Below are positions 16,850 to 26,700 of a stretch of DNA of 40,356 bases, piece by piece (the first letter of the stretch is position 1; each line of letters begins with the position of its first letter). The stretch spans positions 1-40,356 of the forward strand of contig SFUB01000002.1 of assembly GCA_004561785.1 (NCBI GenBank), read 5' to 3'. The notes under the pieces were generated by a model. The model was not told the origin of the DNA. It did no database searches and saw nothing but the letters and a program-made list of their open reading frames with translations. Made by a program: the position numbers and the translations under genes. This DNA comes from a bacterium. GTDB taxonomy: Bacteria; Bacillota_I; Bacilli_A; RFN20; CAG-826.

Positions 16850-18856
16850 TTATCTTGTGGTGCATTTGGCTTTCTTTTTGGCAAGGGATCTACTCTTCTT
16901 GGCGGGTTGCTTCCCCGCTTCCTTTTGAGGGGCCGACGCTTCCACCGGCTGCTTCTTCTTCACGAAGTAGCAGGCGCAATAGCCTCCGAGCTTAATGCCC
17001 ATGTGGCAGGGGCGACCCTCCGGACCGCCGCCCGGATTGGAGTGGCAGATGGCGCCATTATACTGGTTTCTTCCGCCGTAGACGTCTTTGTCGGAGTTGA
17101 AGATCTCCTCGTACTCCCCTACTTCATAGGTTCCAATTTCGTAGTAATCGTAGTAATTCGGGGTCATGTTGAACACGAAGATCATCTCTTCGCCCCCGGC
17201 GTTCCGCTCGAAGGCGAAGACGCTTTGGTCGGAATTGTCGACCATGAGCCACCGGAAGCGGACGGGGTTATGCTCCTCCACGTGCATGGCGGGGTGATAA
17301 CGGTAGATGAGGTTGAGGTCCCGGAACATGCGGCGAACCGAATCGTGCTTGGGGTAGGCGAGCAATTCCCAAGGCAGGGAGCGGAGCTCGTTCCATTCGT
17401 CGAAGGAGGCGAGCTCATTGCCCATGAAATTCAGTTTTTTGCCCGGATGGGCGAATTGGTAAGCGTAAAGGTTGCGCAGCAAGGCGAATTTCGTATCGTA
17501 GTCCCCGAACATCTTGTTGATGATGGTGCCTTTGCCGTGGACCACTTCGTCGTGGGAAAGCGGCAGCAGGAAGTTCTCGGAGAAGAAATAGGCCATTGAG
17601 AAGGTGAGCTTGTTGTGCTCGTACTTTTTGTAGATGGGGTCTTTGGAATAGTACTTCAGAGTGTCGTTCATCCAGCCGAGGTCCCATTTGTAATCGAATC
17701 CCAGGCCCCCGTATTCGACGGGATGCGTGACTTTGGTGAAGTCGGTGGAATCCTCGGCGATCATCATGACCCCGGGATGCCGCTCATGGATCTTCGAGTT
17801 CAGGCGGCGGATGAATTCGGTCGCCCCGGTGTTCTCCCCTTTTTGCTTATTGCCGTCCCAATAGACGATGTTGCTGACCGCATCGCAGCGGATGCCGTCG
17901 AAATGGAAATACTCGAGGAAGTAGTTCATAGCCGACATCAGGAAGCTCCGGACCGGATCTTTCCCGAGGTCGAACTGGGCGCTGCCCCAAGGGGAGATGG
18001 TGTGGGCGGGGTCGGCGTATTCATAGAGACAGGTCCCGTCGAATTCGCGGAGGGCGTAGGCGTCGGTCGCGAAATGGACCGGGGCGAAATCCAGAATTAC
18101 CCCGAATCCGGCTTGGTGGAGGCGGTTCACGAAGGACATGAGCTGCTTCGGATTGCCGTAGCGGGAATCCACCGAATAGAAACCGGTGGCCTGATATCCC
18201 CAAGAGCCATCGAAGGGGTATTGGCAGATCGGCATGATTTCCACGTGGGTGAAGCCGGATTCCTGGAGATAGGGGATAAGGTAATCCGCCACTTCCTCAT
18301 AAGAGGGATAACGGTCGCCGATCTTCCCTTTCCAAGAGCCGAGATGCACTTCGTAGATCGACATCGGCTTATCGAAGTTGCGATCCCTGCTTTTCATCCA
18401 GGCTTCGTCAGACCAAGGGAAGCCATTCACGTCGAATAGTTTCGAGCAGGATCCGGGGCGGTATTCGCTATAGAAGGCAAAGGGGTCGGCTTTATCGACG
18501 TATTCCCCTTTCGCGTTCTTGAAGTGGAATTTATAAGACTCGTAATTCAACAAGCCCGGAACGAAGCATTCCCAGACGCCGGAGTCGTCCACCTTCCTCA
18601 TTTTGTCCGCGGTGACGTCCCAAGAGTTCCAATCCCCGATGACGGAGACGTCGCTCGCCATGGGGGCATAGAGCCGAAAATAGACGCCTTCTTCGATTTC
18701 CCCGCCGAGCGAGACGACTTTTCCTTTCTCGCCCCGATGCTTCGGGGGGATCTCAACGGAGACGCGGTTATCCTTGGTTCCGAAGTGGGCGCCGAAGTAA
18801 GCGAACGCGTCGATGGTTTGTCCCATCAAATAATCAAGCAAGATGCCATATGCCAT
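16850..18856 (-). CDS. glgB: 1,4-alpha-glucan branching enzyme (GH13) with a Lys-rich C-terminal tail
   Basis: GH13 branching-enzyme motifs are present: GVILDFAPVHF, FDGIRCDAV, MIAEDST and LPLSHDEVVHGK. The start is uncertain. I prefer ATG 18856 (MAYGILLDYLMGQ...FGAHF) over the track start at 18928. AGGAG sits a rather long 17 nt upstream, and TATAAT (rc of 18885..18890) lies before it. Confidence 0.88.
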   Translation of the reverse strand: MAYGILLDYLMGQTIDAFAYFGAHFGTKDNRVSVEIPPKHRGEKGKVVSLGGEIEEGVYFRLYAPMASDVSVIGDWNSWDVTADKMRKVDDSGVWECFVPGLLNYESYKFHFKNAKGEYVDKADPFAFYSEYRPGSCSKLFDVNGFPWSDEAWMKSRDRNFDKPMSIYEVHLGSWKGKIGDRYPSYEEVADYLIPYLQESGFTHVEIMPICQYPFDGSWGYQATGFYSVDSRYGNPKQLMSFVNRLHQAGFGVILDFAPVHFATDAYALREFDGTCLYEYADPAHTISPWGSAQFDLGKDPVRSFLMSAMNYFLEYFHFDGIRCDAVSNIVYWDGNKQKGENTGATEFIRRLNSKIHERHPGVMMIAEDSTDFTKVTHPVEYGGLGFDYKWDLGWMNDTLKYYSKDPIYKKYEHNKLTFSMAYFFSENFLLPLSHDEVVHGKGTIINKMFGDYDTKFALLRNLYAYQFAHPGKKLNFMGNELASFDEWNELRSLPWELLAYPKHDSVRRMFRDLNLIYRYHPAMHVEEHNPVRFRWLMVDNSDQSVFAFERNAGGEEMIFVFNMTPNYYDYYEIGTYEVGEYEEIFNSDKDVYGGRNQYNGAICHSNPGGGPEGRPCHMGIKLGGYCACYFVKKKQPVEASAPQKEAGKQPAKKSRSLAKKKAKCTTR

Positions 18857-19059
18857 AATAATCCGTTTGATTTCTCCTAGGCGGATTATAGGACAAACAT
18901 AACCGGTAAAAAACCCCTGTGCACGCATGCGAGGCTGAATAAAAGCGAATCAATAAATCGAATTGGGCCATTTTCGGACGTTTTGCCCCCAAATCGATGG
19001 ATAAGGGTGCTATCATGTTCCCGCAATTGCTCTCTTTTTAAGAGGCAGGAGGAAAAACA

Positions 19060-20262
19060 ATGTACAAAGTGATGGCGGTCAACGCCGGAAGCTCGAGCTT
19101 GAAATACAAGCTCTACGAGATGCCCGAGGAAAAAGTCCTTTGCTCCGGAAACGTCGAAAGGATCGGACACGAGGATGGGATCTTCGGAATGAAGCACAAC
19201 GGGGAGAAAATCCGCGACATCCTGCCCGTCAAGGATCATTCCGTCGCCGTCGATTTGGTTTTGAAGGCTCTCACGAAATTCGGGATCGTCAAAGACCTCT
19301 CCGAGATCGTCTGCGTTGGCCACCGCGTCGTCCAAGGCGGGAAGTATTTCTCCAAATCCGTCGATTTCAATGAAGACACCGAGGCCAAGATCACCAAGCT
19401 CATCCCCCTCGACCCCATGCACGCCGAGGCCCATTTGATTGGCTACCACGCCTTCAAGAACGCCTTGCCCCACGCCTACCAGATCGCCGTCTTCGACACG
19501 GCCTTCCATCAGACCATGGAGCCGGAGGATTACCTTTTCCCCATCCCCTACGAATATACGGAGAAGTTCGACTGCCGCCGCTATGGCGCTCACGGCACCT
19601 CGCACAATTACCTCGCCATCAAAGGAAATGAGGACTTCCTTGAGGGGAAGAGGAACACCCGCATCATCTCCTGCCACATCGGCTCGGGCGGATCCCTCTG
19701 CGCCATCAAAGACGGGAAATGCGTCGCGACCTCCATGGGCCTCACCCCTTTGGGCGGCATTATGATGGGCACCCGCTGCGGCGATTTGGATCCCTCCGTC
19801 TTCTACTACCTCTGCTCCTGCACCGGCAAATCCTATGAAGAGATCTATGACATCCTCAACAAGAAATCCGGCATCCTCGGGGTTTCCGGAATCAGCAACG
19901 ACACCCGCGACGTCGAAGCGGCCTATGAAAAAGGCGACGAACGCGCCGTCTTGGCCCTCCACCTTTACGCCAGGCGCGTCGCCGACTACATCGGCCAGTA
20001 TTACGTCCGGTTGGGCGGAGCCGATCTGATCCTCTTCTCAGCCGGCGTCGGCGAGAACGCGCCGATCTACCGCAAAGCCATTTTGGAGAGGGTCCAGGAT
20101 GCCTTGGGGCTCGTCATCGATTACGAGAAGAACGATCGGGTCCGCGGCGAAGAAGCCCTCATCTCCAAGCCCGAATCCAAAATCAAAGTTGCCATCCTCC
20201 CGACCGATGAGGAAGTCATGATCGCCCGCGACTGCGCCAAGAGGATCAAAAATGAGCTCTAA
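19060..20262 (+). CDS. ackA: Acetate kinase
   Basis: MAVNAGSSSLKYKLY, VGHRVVQGG, AFHQTMP-like (AFHQTME) and RRYGAHGTSH are acetate/propionate kinase signatures. AGGAGG lies upstream. Confidence 0.95.
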   Translation: MYKVMAVNAGSSSLKYKLYEMPEEKVLCSGNVERIGHEDGIFGMKHNGEKIRDILPVKDHSVAVDLVLKALTKFGIVKDLSEIVCVGHRVVQGGKYFSKSVDFNEDTEAKITKLIPLDPMHAEAHLIGYHAFKNALPHAYQIAVFDTAFHQTMEPEDYLFPIPYEYTEKFDCRRYGAHGTSHNYLAIKGNEDFLEGKRNTRIISCHIGSGGSLCAIKDGKCVATSMGLTPLGGIMMGTRCGDLDPSVFYYLCSCTGKSYEEIYDILNKKSGILGVSGISNDTRDVEAAYEKGDERAVLALHLYARRVADYIGQYYVRLGGADLILFSAGVGENAPIYRKAILERVQDALGLVIDYEKNDRVRGEEALISKPESKIKVAILPTDEEVMIARDCAKRIKNEL

Positions 20263-21259
20263 TCTCCACCCCGAGGTCCTTTCCTTCGGGAAGGCCCACA
20301 AGAAAGAATACGCCGCCATCCGCCGGGCGATCTTGCGCTACAACAAAATCGCCGTCTTCCGCCACATCAAACCTGATTTCGACGCCATGGGCTCGCAGAT
20401 GGGCTTGGTCACTTGGCTGAAGGACAATTTCCCCGAGAAAGAGGTTCGTTTCCTTGGAGATAACCACGTCACCTTCACCCCGCGCCTATTCCCGGAGACG
20501 GAGAACCTCCCCAATGACTGGTTCGCCAAAGGGGATTTCCTCGCGATCATCGTGGACGTTGGGGACGTGGAGAGGATTGCCGATCCGCGTTTCCAGCATG
20601 CCCGTTACAAAGTCAAGATCGATCACCATCCCTGCAAAACCGAGATCGCCAAACGCGCCACGGTCTGCGAGAAATCCTCCGCTTCCGCCGCTGAGCTCGT
20701 CGCCGATTTCTGCCTCAACTTCAAAGGCGCCAAAATGAGCCAAGAAGCCGCGAGGTATTTCTACATCGGCATCGTCGGTGATTCCGGACGTTTCCTCTTC
20801 TCCAGCACCTCCGCTCACACCTTCGCAGTCGCAGAGGAGCTCCTCAAGACCGGCATCAACATCAACAAGATCTATCTGGCCATGTACCAGAAGACCATCC
20901 AATCTCTGAAGAATCAAGCCTACGTCCTCTCTCATTTCAGCGTCACCCCCCACGGGGTCTCCTATTACCTTTTGCCTTACGACGTCCAGCAAGAGCTCAA
21001 GATCACGACCGAGCAGGGCAAGGAAAACGTCAACCTTTTCTCCAACATCGAGGGGATCAACGCCTGGTGCTCGATCACCGAGGACGTCGATAAGAAGGAA
21101 CCCTGCTGGCGGATCTCAATCCGAAGCAAGGAAAAAGACATCTCCGGAGTCGCCAACAAATGGGGCGGCGGCGGACACGCCCAGGCCAGCGGAGCCAAGA
21201 TCAAGGATCTGAGCGAGTTAAACGCCTTCCTTCAAGACTTAGACGACCTCTTCCGATAA
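20252..21259 (+). CDS. nrnA: DHH/DHHA1 phosphoesterase (NrnA-like oligoribonuclease / pAp phosphatase)
   Basis: It carries RHIKPDFDAMGS (DHH motifs I/II), IVDVGD, KIDHHP and a C-terminal GGGGHAQASGA (DHHA1). It overlaps the ackA 3' end by 11 nt. Confidence 0.75.
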   Translation: MSSNLHPEVLSFGKAHKKEYAAIRRAILRYNKIAVFRHIKPDFDAMGSQMGLVTWLKDNFPEKEVRFLGDNHVTFTPRLFPETENLPNDWFAKGDFLAIIVDVGDVERIADPRFQHARYKVKIDHHPCKTEIAKRATVCEKSSASAAELVADFCLNFKGAKMSQEAARYFYIGIVGDSGRFLFSSTSAHTFAVAEELLKTGININKIYLAMYQKTIQSLKNQAYVLSHFSVTPHGVSYYLLPYDVQQELKITTEQGKENVNLFSNIEGINAWCSITEDVDKKEPCWRISIRSKEKDISGVANKWGGGGHAQASGAKIKDLSELNAFLQDLDDLFR

Positions 21260-21262
21260 AGC

Positions 21263-21288
21263 AAAAAGCCACACGATGTGGCTTTTTT
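21263..21288. terminator. Bidirectional terminator between nrnA and the convergent hydrolase gene
   Basis: AAAAAGCCACA-CGA-TGTGGCTTTTTT is symmetric, with A/T tracts on both sides. Confidence 0.7.
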
Positions 21289-22349
21289 CATTCTTTGAGA
21301 AAACGGATTGCTTCTTTTAGCAAACCTTCATCGATTTGGTTGGCCCGATCTTTCAGAGAAGGGTTTTCCAGCAAATATCGCCGATAGCCTTCTTCGCCGA
21401 GTTCTTTGTAAAGGGGCTCCAGAGTATCGTTCGTTAGTTCGAAGGCGTTTTCGGAGAGCCAAGGGTAAACGTGGGTGAAGCCTTGTCTTAGGGCCTTGTG
21501 GACGTTTTCGCTTTCTTCTAGAGATGCATATAAGGAGGCTTTTAGAGGCACCGTGGAATCGTTATCGCCCTGAATGAGGAAAGCCTTGCACCCCGAGGAG
21601 AGAATTCCGTTCGCGGCGGATAGGCGACGGTCCTCGCCCGCTTTGGTGGCGAGTCCCCAGTCCAAGGTAAGCGAAGTGAAGTCGGCAAGCGAACCGACGT
21701 AGTTCCTAGCCATCTCAATCATCTCCGCCTCCGGGTCCACGAAGCCGGAAAAAGACAGTACCCCTTTGATAGGGGAGGGGTAATCGAAGTTCAAAGCGGC
21801 CCCAACGGAATAGGCTCCCCAAGAGTAGCCGGCCAAAAAGAGCTCGCCCATTGGCGTGAAAAACTCATTTTGGGTGAATAAATAATCCAAGGCCGCTTTC
21901 ACGTCATAGGCGCCATCGGCAAGAGAAGACAAGCCATCGCCCTCGCTTCTCCCCGAGGCCCTCATGTCGAAGGAGAACACGCAGTATCCTTGGTTGAGAA
22001 GATAATTCTGGACCAAGGCGCTTTGGTCGTCTGCATAGCCCCTTAGCCCATGGGCGAATAAGAAGGTGCCCTTCGGGTTCTCGCAAGGATAAAAATACCC
22101 TTGCAATTGCTTGTCTCCCGAGGGGAAGCCTACCTCAATCCTGGAGGATAGCCCCGGAAGGTCCTCTCGGGTCCTAAAGGTGGGCCCCGAAAAGCCCTCT
22201 GGAGAGGGATCGGCGGTGGACTGGCGTTTGGCGAAAAGAGCATCGGCGACGCAGATGGCAGCGACGTACCCACCAAGGAAATAGAGAAGGCAAAAAGATC
22301 CGATGACGGAGGAGGCGATGATCAATATGAACTTTTTCGACTTTTTCAT
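21288..22349 (-). CDS. Membrane-anchored alpha/beta-fold hydrolase
   Basis: It has an N-terminal TM segment (FILIIASSVIGSFCLLYFLGGYVAAI), HGLRGY (oxyanion region), the nucleophile elbow GYSWG, then QGDNDSTVP and GFTHVY (Asp/His candidates). AGGAG lies 7 nt upstream, and the start is 1 nt after the stop of the ATPase gene. Confidence 0.72.
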   Translation of the reverse strand: MKKSKKFILIIASSVIGSFCLLYFLGGYVAAICVADALFAKRQSTADPSPEGFSGPTFRTREDLPGLSSRIEVGFPSGDKQLQGYFYPCENPKGTFLFAHGLRGYADDQSALVQNYLLNQGYCVFSFDMRASGRSEGDGLSSLADGAYDVKAALDYLFTQNEFFTPMGELFLAGYSWGAYSVGAALNFDYPSPIKGVLSFSGFVDPEAEMIEMARNYVGSLADFTSLTLDWGLATKAGEDRRLSAANGILSSGCKAFLIQGDNDSTVPLKASLYASLEESENVHKALRQGFTHVYPWLSENAFELTNDTLEPLYKELGEEGYRRYLLENPSLKDRANQIDEGLLKEAIRFLKE

Positions 22350-22350
22350 A

Positions 22351-23568
22351 TCATTCTCCTAGGCAAGCGATGGGGCAGTGATAAACGCCCGTTTTGCTGC
22401 GGTAAGTCTTTTCGCCATTATCGAGGATCAAGAGGAAGCTGGGCAAGCCAAGCATGCTTTCGCCATGCCTAGAATCATGAAGCAGGATCTTTTTCTTGAG
22501 ATCGATCAATTGTTTTTCCCCGGCTTCGCCGTCTTTTTTCCCGAGACGGCATTGGATGAGGGCGTATTTTCCGTTTTCAAGGAAAAGCACCAAATCGGAT
22601 TTCAGGCCAAAACGGTCTTCGTAATATTTGATCTTTCCGCCTAAGGATTGCGAATAAGTTTTCAGGTCCCGGGCGCAGCAAGCTTCGAATAGCCTAGCAA
22701 GAAGCAAGGGGTCTTTTTTCAAATCCGCCTCTCCCTTCTTTTGGAAAGCCAAAGCCAAGGAAGGATCGATGAATTCCTTTTTGGGGAGGCGGCGAATGGT
22801 GGGAGAAGCTTTGATTGGCGGAGCCCAAGCCTCGATTTCATCCAAGATGAGAAGGCGTTTCAAGGCGTTCAGCCAATCGTAAAGCGTGCTTTCCGCGAGG
22901 TTCGGGTCCTTTCCCCTCAAATCGCGAAGGAGGTCCGTGTTTTTCTCAAGGGTGCCTACGGAGGAGGCATACCGTTTCAAAAAGGCTCTGATCCTCGCTT
23001 CGTCTTGCTCCGTTTTGCTTTCCTTCGCAAGGCCTCCTTTAACAAGAAAGTTATAAATTTTAAGAGGGTACGTGGAACTCTTTTTGCCCAAAGAAACGGG
23101 GAATCCACCTTTGACGATAGCGTGGCATAAATCATCGAAAGCCAAAGAGGAATTGGCTTCGAATCGATCTTCGTATGCCCCTGCGAAAAGGCCTTTGAGG
23201 GAAATGGCCCCGTTTGAGAGGCCTTCTTCGTAAAAAGACAAAGGATAGAGCGTGAAATGATCCCTGCCTGTTGAACGGGAGGAAGCGAAAACCGTTTTTC
23301 CCGTTTGATAGGCAAGGAGATCGTAATCCAAGTCCAATCCGTCTACCCCGTGTATGCCTTTTCCAGAAAAAGGAAGGGAGCGGTTCATGTCCAAAGCCAT
23401 AGACGAAGAAGGATTTTCCAAAGCCTTCTTCACATCGAAAACTTTAGAAGAAACCTTTTTGAGCAAAGCGGTTTTCCCAACTCCAGGCGCGCCTTCCACA
23501 ACGACGGAATCCTGCTTTTTTAAGGATGAAAGGATGCGTTTTTCCAATATACGGGTTCGATAAGCCAT
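22351..23568 (-). CDS. AAA-type ATPase with a C-terminal DUF4143-like (PD-(D/E)xK-like) domain
   Basis: Walker A is EGAPGVGKTALL. FTLYPLSFYEE, KGGFP, STLYDWLNALKRLLILDEIEAW and KKEFIDPSLA match the family pattern I recall for AAA_14/DUF4143 proteins. The C-terminal KSDLVLFLENGKYALIQCRLG aligns to the usual EvDfv....iEvK block. Confidence 0.75.
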   Translation of the reverse strand: MAYRTRILEKRILSSLKKQDSVVVEGAPGVGKTALLKKVSSKVFDVKKALENPSSSMALDMNRSLPFSGKGIHGVDGLDLDYDLLAYQTGKTVFASSRSTGRDHFTLYPLSFYEEGLSNGAISLKGLFAGAYEDRFEANSSLAFDDLCHAIVKGGFPVSLGKKSSTYPLKIYNFLVKGGLAKESKTEQDEARIRAFLKRYASSVGTLEKNTDLLRDLRGKDPNLAESTLYDWLNALKRLLILDEIEAWAPPIKASPTIRRLPKKEFIDPSLALAFQKKGEADLKKDPLLLARLFEACCARDLKTYSQSLGGKIKYYEDRFGLKSDLVLFLENGKYALIQCRLGKKDGEAGEKQLIDLKKKILLHDSRHGESMLGLPSFLLILDNGEKTYRSKTGVYHCPIACLGE

Positions 23569-23574
23569 GGCTAG

Positions 23575-23580
23575 ATTGTA
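23575..23580 (-). promoter_or_regulatory. -10 box TACAAT, 6 nt upstream of the ATG at 23568 (leaderless candidate)
   Basis: The rc of 23575..23580 is TACAAT. Only CTAGCC separates it from the ATG, and there is no SD. Confidence 0.4.
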
Positions 23581-23703
23581 ATAATTTGATGGACGGATAA
23601 CTAGTTTTTTTAAATGGCCGAAACGACATTCGTCATTCTTCGGAATGGTTAGGTTCGAAGGATGAGGGCGATCTCAAAGGTCCGATTTTGAAACAGGAAG
23701 GGG

Positions 23704-23731
23704 TTTTAACCCCTTCTTATTCCGTTATAAT
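23704..23731 (+). promoter_or_regulatory. Candidate dnaE promoter (weak -35 TTTTAA, -10 TATAAT), 7 nt upstream of the ATG at 23739 (leaderless candidate)
   Basis: TATAAT is at 23726..23731 and the ATG at 23739..23741, with TCTCCTG between them and no SD. An 8-bp-stem hairpin (23697..23716) overlaps the -35 region. Confidence 0.4.
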
Positions 23732-23738
23732 TCTCCTG

Positions 23739-26700
23739 ATGTCATATCTCCCTCTCCACATCTATTCCGGGAATTCCTTTCTCCGCAGCGGGCTCCCTTT
23801 GCGGCGCATAGGCGGGTTGGTCCACAAAGAGCGGATTCCTTATCTTTGCGTCTGCGATTATGGGACCTGCTCCGGCTTCCCCGAGATCTACCACACGGCG
23901 AAAGACATCGGCGTGAAGCCGCTTTTCGGGATGGACGTTGAAATCGAGGGCAATTTGTTTTCCCTATTCGTGCGGAACGAACAAGGATACCGCAACCTTT
24001 TGCTCATCGATCGACGCTTTTCGGACAAAGAGCTGACTTTGGATTTCCTCCGTTCCCATAGTTCTGGCCTCTCGATTGTTTTGGCTTCTGAGAGCAGTTT
24101 TCTCCGCTCCCTCTACCGGAGCGAGGCGAAGAGCTTGCCAAAGAGGATCCAGGAGCTAAGCAAGGGGATCGAATCGTTTTACCTTGGGGTCCCCTATCTT
24201 CCAGAAGAGAATTCCTTCGTTTCCTTTGTCCGAAACTTCGTTAAAGAATACCCCTACCCTTCTTTGGCCTACCCTCATATCCTTTACCAGAAGAAAGAAG
24301 ACGCGATTGTCTTGAAAATCGTTCAGGCCATCGCCTCCAGAAGCACGCTGGAGGAAAAGGAGGCCGAGGGTTATCGTTATTTTCTCTCGCAAGAAGAGGC
24401 GGACGGCTATTTCACCGAAGAGGAGAGACAAGCCACGTTGGACTTAGCCGCTTCTTGCTCCGAATTCGCCTTTATCCAAAAACGCGGGGGTTTGCTGTCT
24501 TTTCCGAATCCCCTCGGAATCGATAGCGCCGAATATCTCCGCAAATTGGCCTTCGAAGGCCTTGAGAAGAAAAAGCCCGGTTATTCCAAAGAATACGAAG
24601 ACCGCCTGAACTACGAATTGGATATCATCGTCAAGATGGGCTATGCAGACTATTTCCTTTTGGTCCAGGATTACGTGAACCATTCCCGAAGCATCGGCAT
24701 CTCCGTTGGGCCGGGCCGTGGATCCGGAGCCGGAAGTTTGGTCTCCTACGCCTTGGACATCGTGACCCCGGATCCCATCGAAAACGGTTTACTTTTTGAG
24801 CGGTTCTTAAACCCGGAAAGAAAGACGATGCCGGATATCGACGTTGACTTCGCAGACATCCGGCGCGATGAGGTCGTTTCTTATCTTCGCGAAAAATACG
24901 GGACCGAGCGGGTCGCCCATATCATGACCGAGCAAGTCATGGCCGCGAAGGCTTCTCTCCGCGACATTGGAAGGGTTTTCTCTTACGAGCCAAGGCAAAT
25001 CGATCTGCTCGCCAAGGCTTGCGATGGCTATCTCTCTTTGCGGGAGAATTACAAAACCAACCTAAGGTTCCGGCGCATCGTCGACAGCGATAAGTACTAC
25101 CTTCAAATCGTTTCCTTGGCCGCGAAGATCGAAGGGCTCCCTCGCCAAAGCGGCCTCCACGCCGCCGGGGTCATCATCAATGACCGGCCATTGGACGAAT
25201 GTTTGCCCATCAGCGACCAAGAAGGAACGGGTTACGTCTCCCAATACGACATGACTCATCTTGAGGAGCAAGGTTTCTTGAAAATGGACTTGCTCGGCTT
25301 AAGAAACCTGACCATCGTCGACCGGTGCCTTGAGAACATCCGCCTCAAGCGCGGGATCACCCTCAATTACCGGGAGATCCCCTACCAAGACAAAGATGCG
25401 ATCGCCTTGATCGCGGCCACGAAGACGATGGGACTCTTCCAACTGGAATCCCCGGGCATGAACCGGGCCATAAGGGAGCTCCGCCCGGAATCCTTCAACG
25501 ACGTGGTCGCGTTGCTCGCCTTGTTCCGCCCCGGCCCGATGGAGAACATCCCTAGCTACGCCAGGAGAAAAGCCGGAAAAGAGAAAATCGTCTATCTCGA
25601 TCCCTGCTTGGAAAGCATCCTTGCCCCGACCTACGGGATCATCGTCTATCAGGAGCAAATCATGCAAATGGTCCAAGCTCTCGCCGGTTTCAGCTTCGGC
25701 GAGGCCGACTTGTTCCGGAGGGCAATCAGCAAAAAAGACGCCGCCAAGCTAAACGCCTTGAAATCCGATTTCATCTCCGGCTGCCTCAAGATGGGACGCA
25801 GCCAGGCCATTGCCGAAAAAGCCTATGCCTTGATCTATCGCTTCGCGGACTACGGGTTTAACAAATCCCACTCCGTCTGCTACGCGATGCTTGCCTGCCA
25901 AATGGCATATTTGAAAGCCCATTATCCCGAGGAGTTCTATTGCGCGATCCTCGATGACGGGGGATTGTCCAACCCCTCTTTGATCTCGGAAATCAAATCG
26001 AGCGGGCTGCGTTTCCACGTGCCGGACATCAATAAGGCCTCCGTGCGTTTTGAAAGCCAAGGCAAGGACATTTTCCTTCCTTTGTCTTCGATCTCCGGGA
26101 TTCAAAGGAACCTTCTGAACGCCTTGCTCGACGAAAGAAGCGAGAACGGCGAGTTCAAAGACTACTTCTCGTTCGTAAGCAGGATGTACCGGAGAGGGCT
26201 CAACGAAGCCGCCTTGCTCAAATTCATCGACGCGGGGTGCTTCGATTCTCTCTGCCCGAACCGCTCAAGCCTCCGCCTCTCGAGCAAGCCCGCTTTGAAA
26301 TACGCCGAAATCGCCTCCTCTTTCTTAGACCAGCCAAGCCTTTTCCCTTTCACCTTGGAAGAGCCGAAGCTCACCGAAATCGAAGACGACCGGATGTACG
26401 ACCTCCTTTGTGAGAGGGATGCTTTGGGGATGATGGTCTCCGGGTCGCCTCTTGAAAGCAAGAAGGGGTACATTGAGGAAAATCGATTGCTCCGTTTATC
26501 CGCCCTAGCCGATGGCCCTTATAGCGCCGAATGCGCGGGCGTCGTCGGATCGGTAAAAACGATCTTGACCAAGAAAGGGGCGCGAATGGCCTTCCTAAGG
26601 CTATACGACGATGAGGCGGAGGCCGAATTCACGTTGTTCTCGGAGGCCTATGACCAAAGCTACATCGCCTTGAAGGAAGGCAACCTCGTCCGCGTGAGCT

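Noticed and set aside
14408-18439. Series of 270-325-aa plus-strand ORFs (14408..15376, 15557..16531, 16652..17599, 17615..18439) opposite glgP and glgB
   Set aside because: All lie opposite very well supported GH13/GT35 genes. Their sequences are repetitive and G/V/E/D/H-rich, with no recognisable domains.
18886-19962. 358-aa minus-strand ORF antisense to ackA
   Set aside because: It lies opposite a textbook acetate kinase, and its composition marks it as an antisense artefact.
23688-23738. Upstream alternative starts proposed by the ORF track (dnaE TTG 23688, fpg 29364, pyk TTG 34242, GH30 TTG 1833, glgB 18928, permease 6215, regulator 2495)
   Set aside because: In each case a downstream ATG gives the conserved family N-terminus (for example PELPEVE for Fpg, KIVCTIGPAS for Pyk), a better SD or -10 context, or both. 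The extensions add non-conserved residues or overlap regulatory elements.
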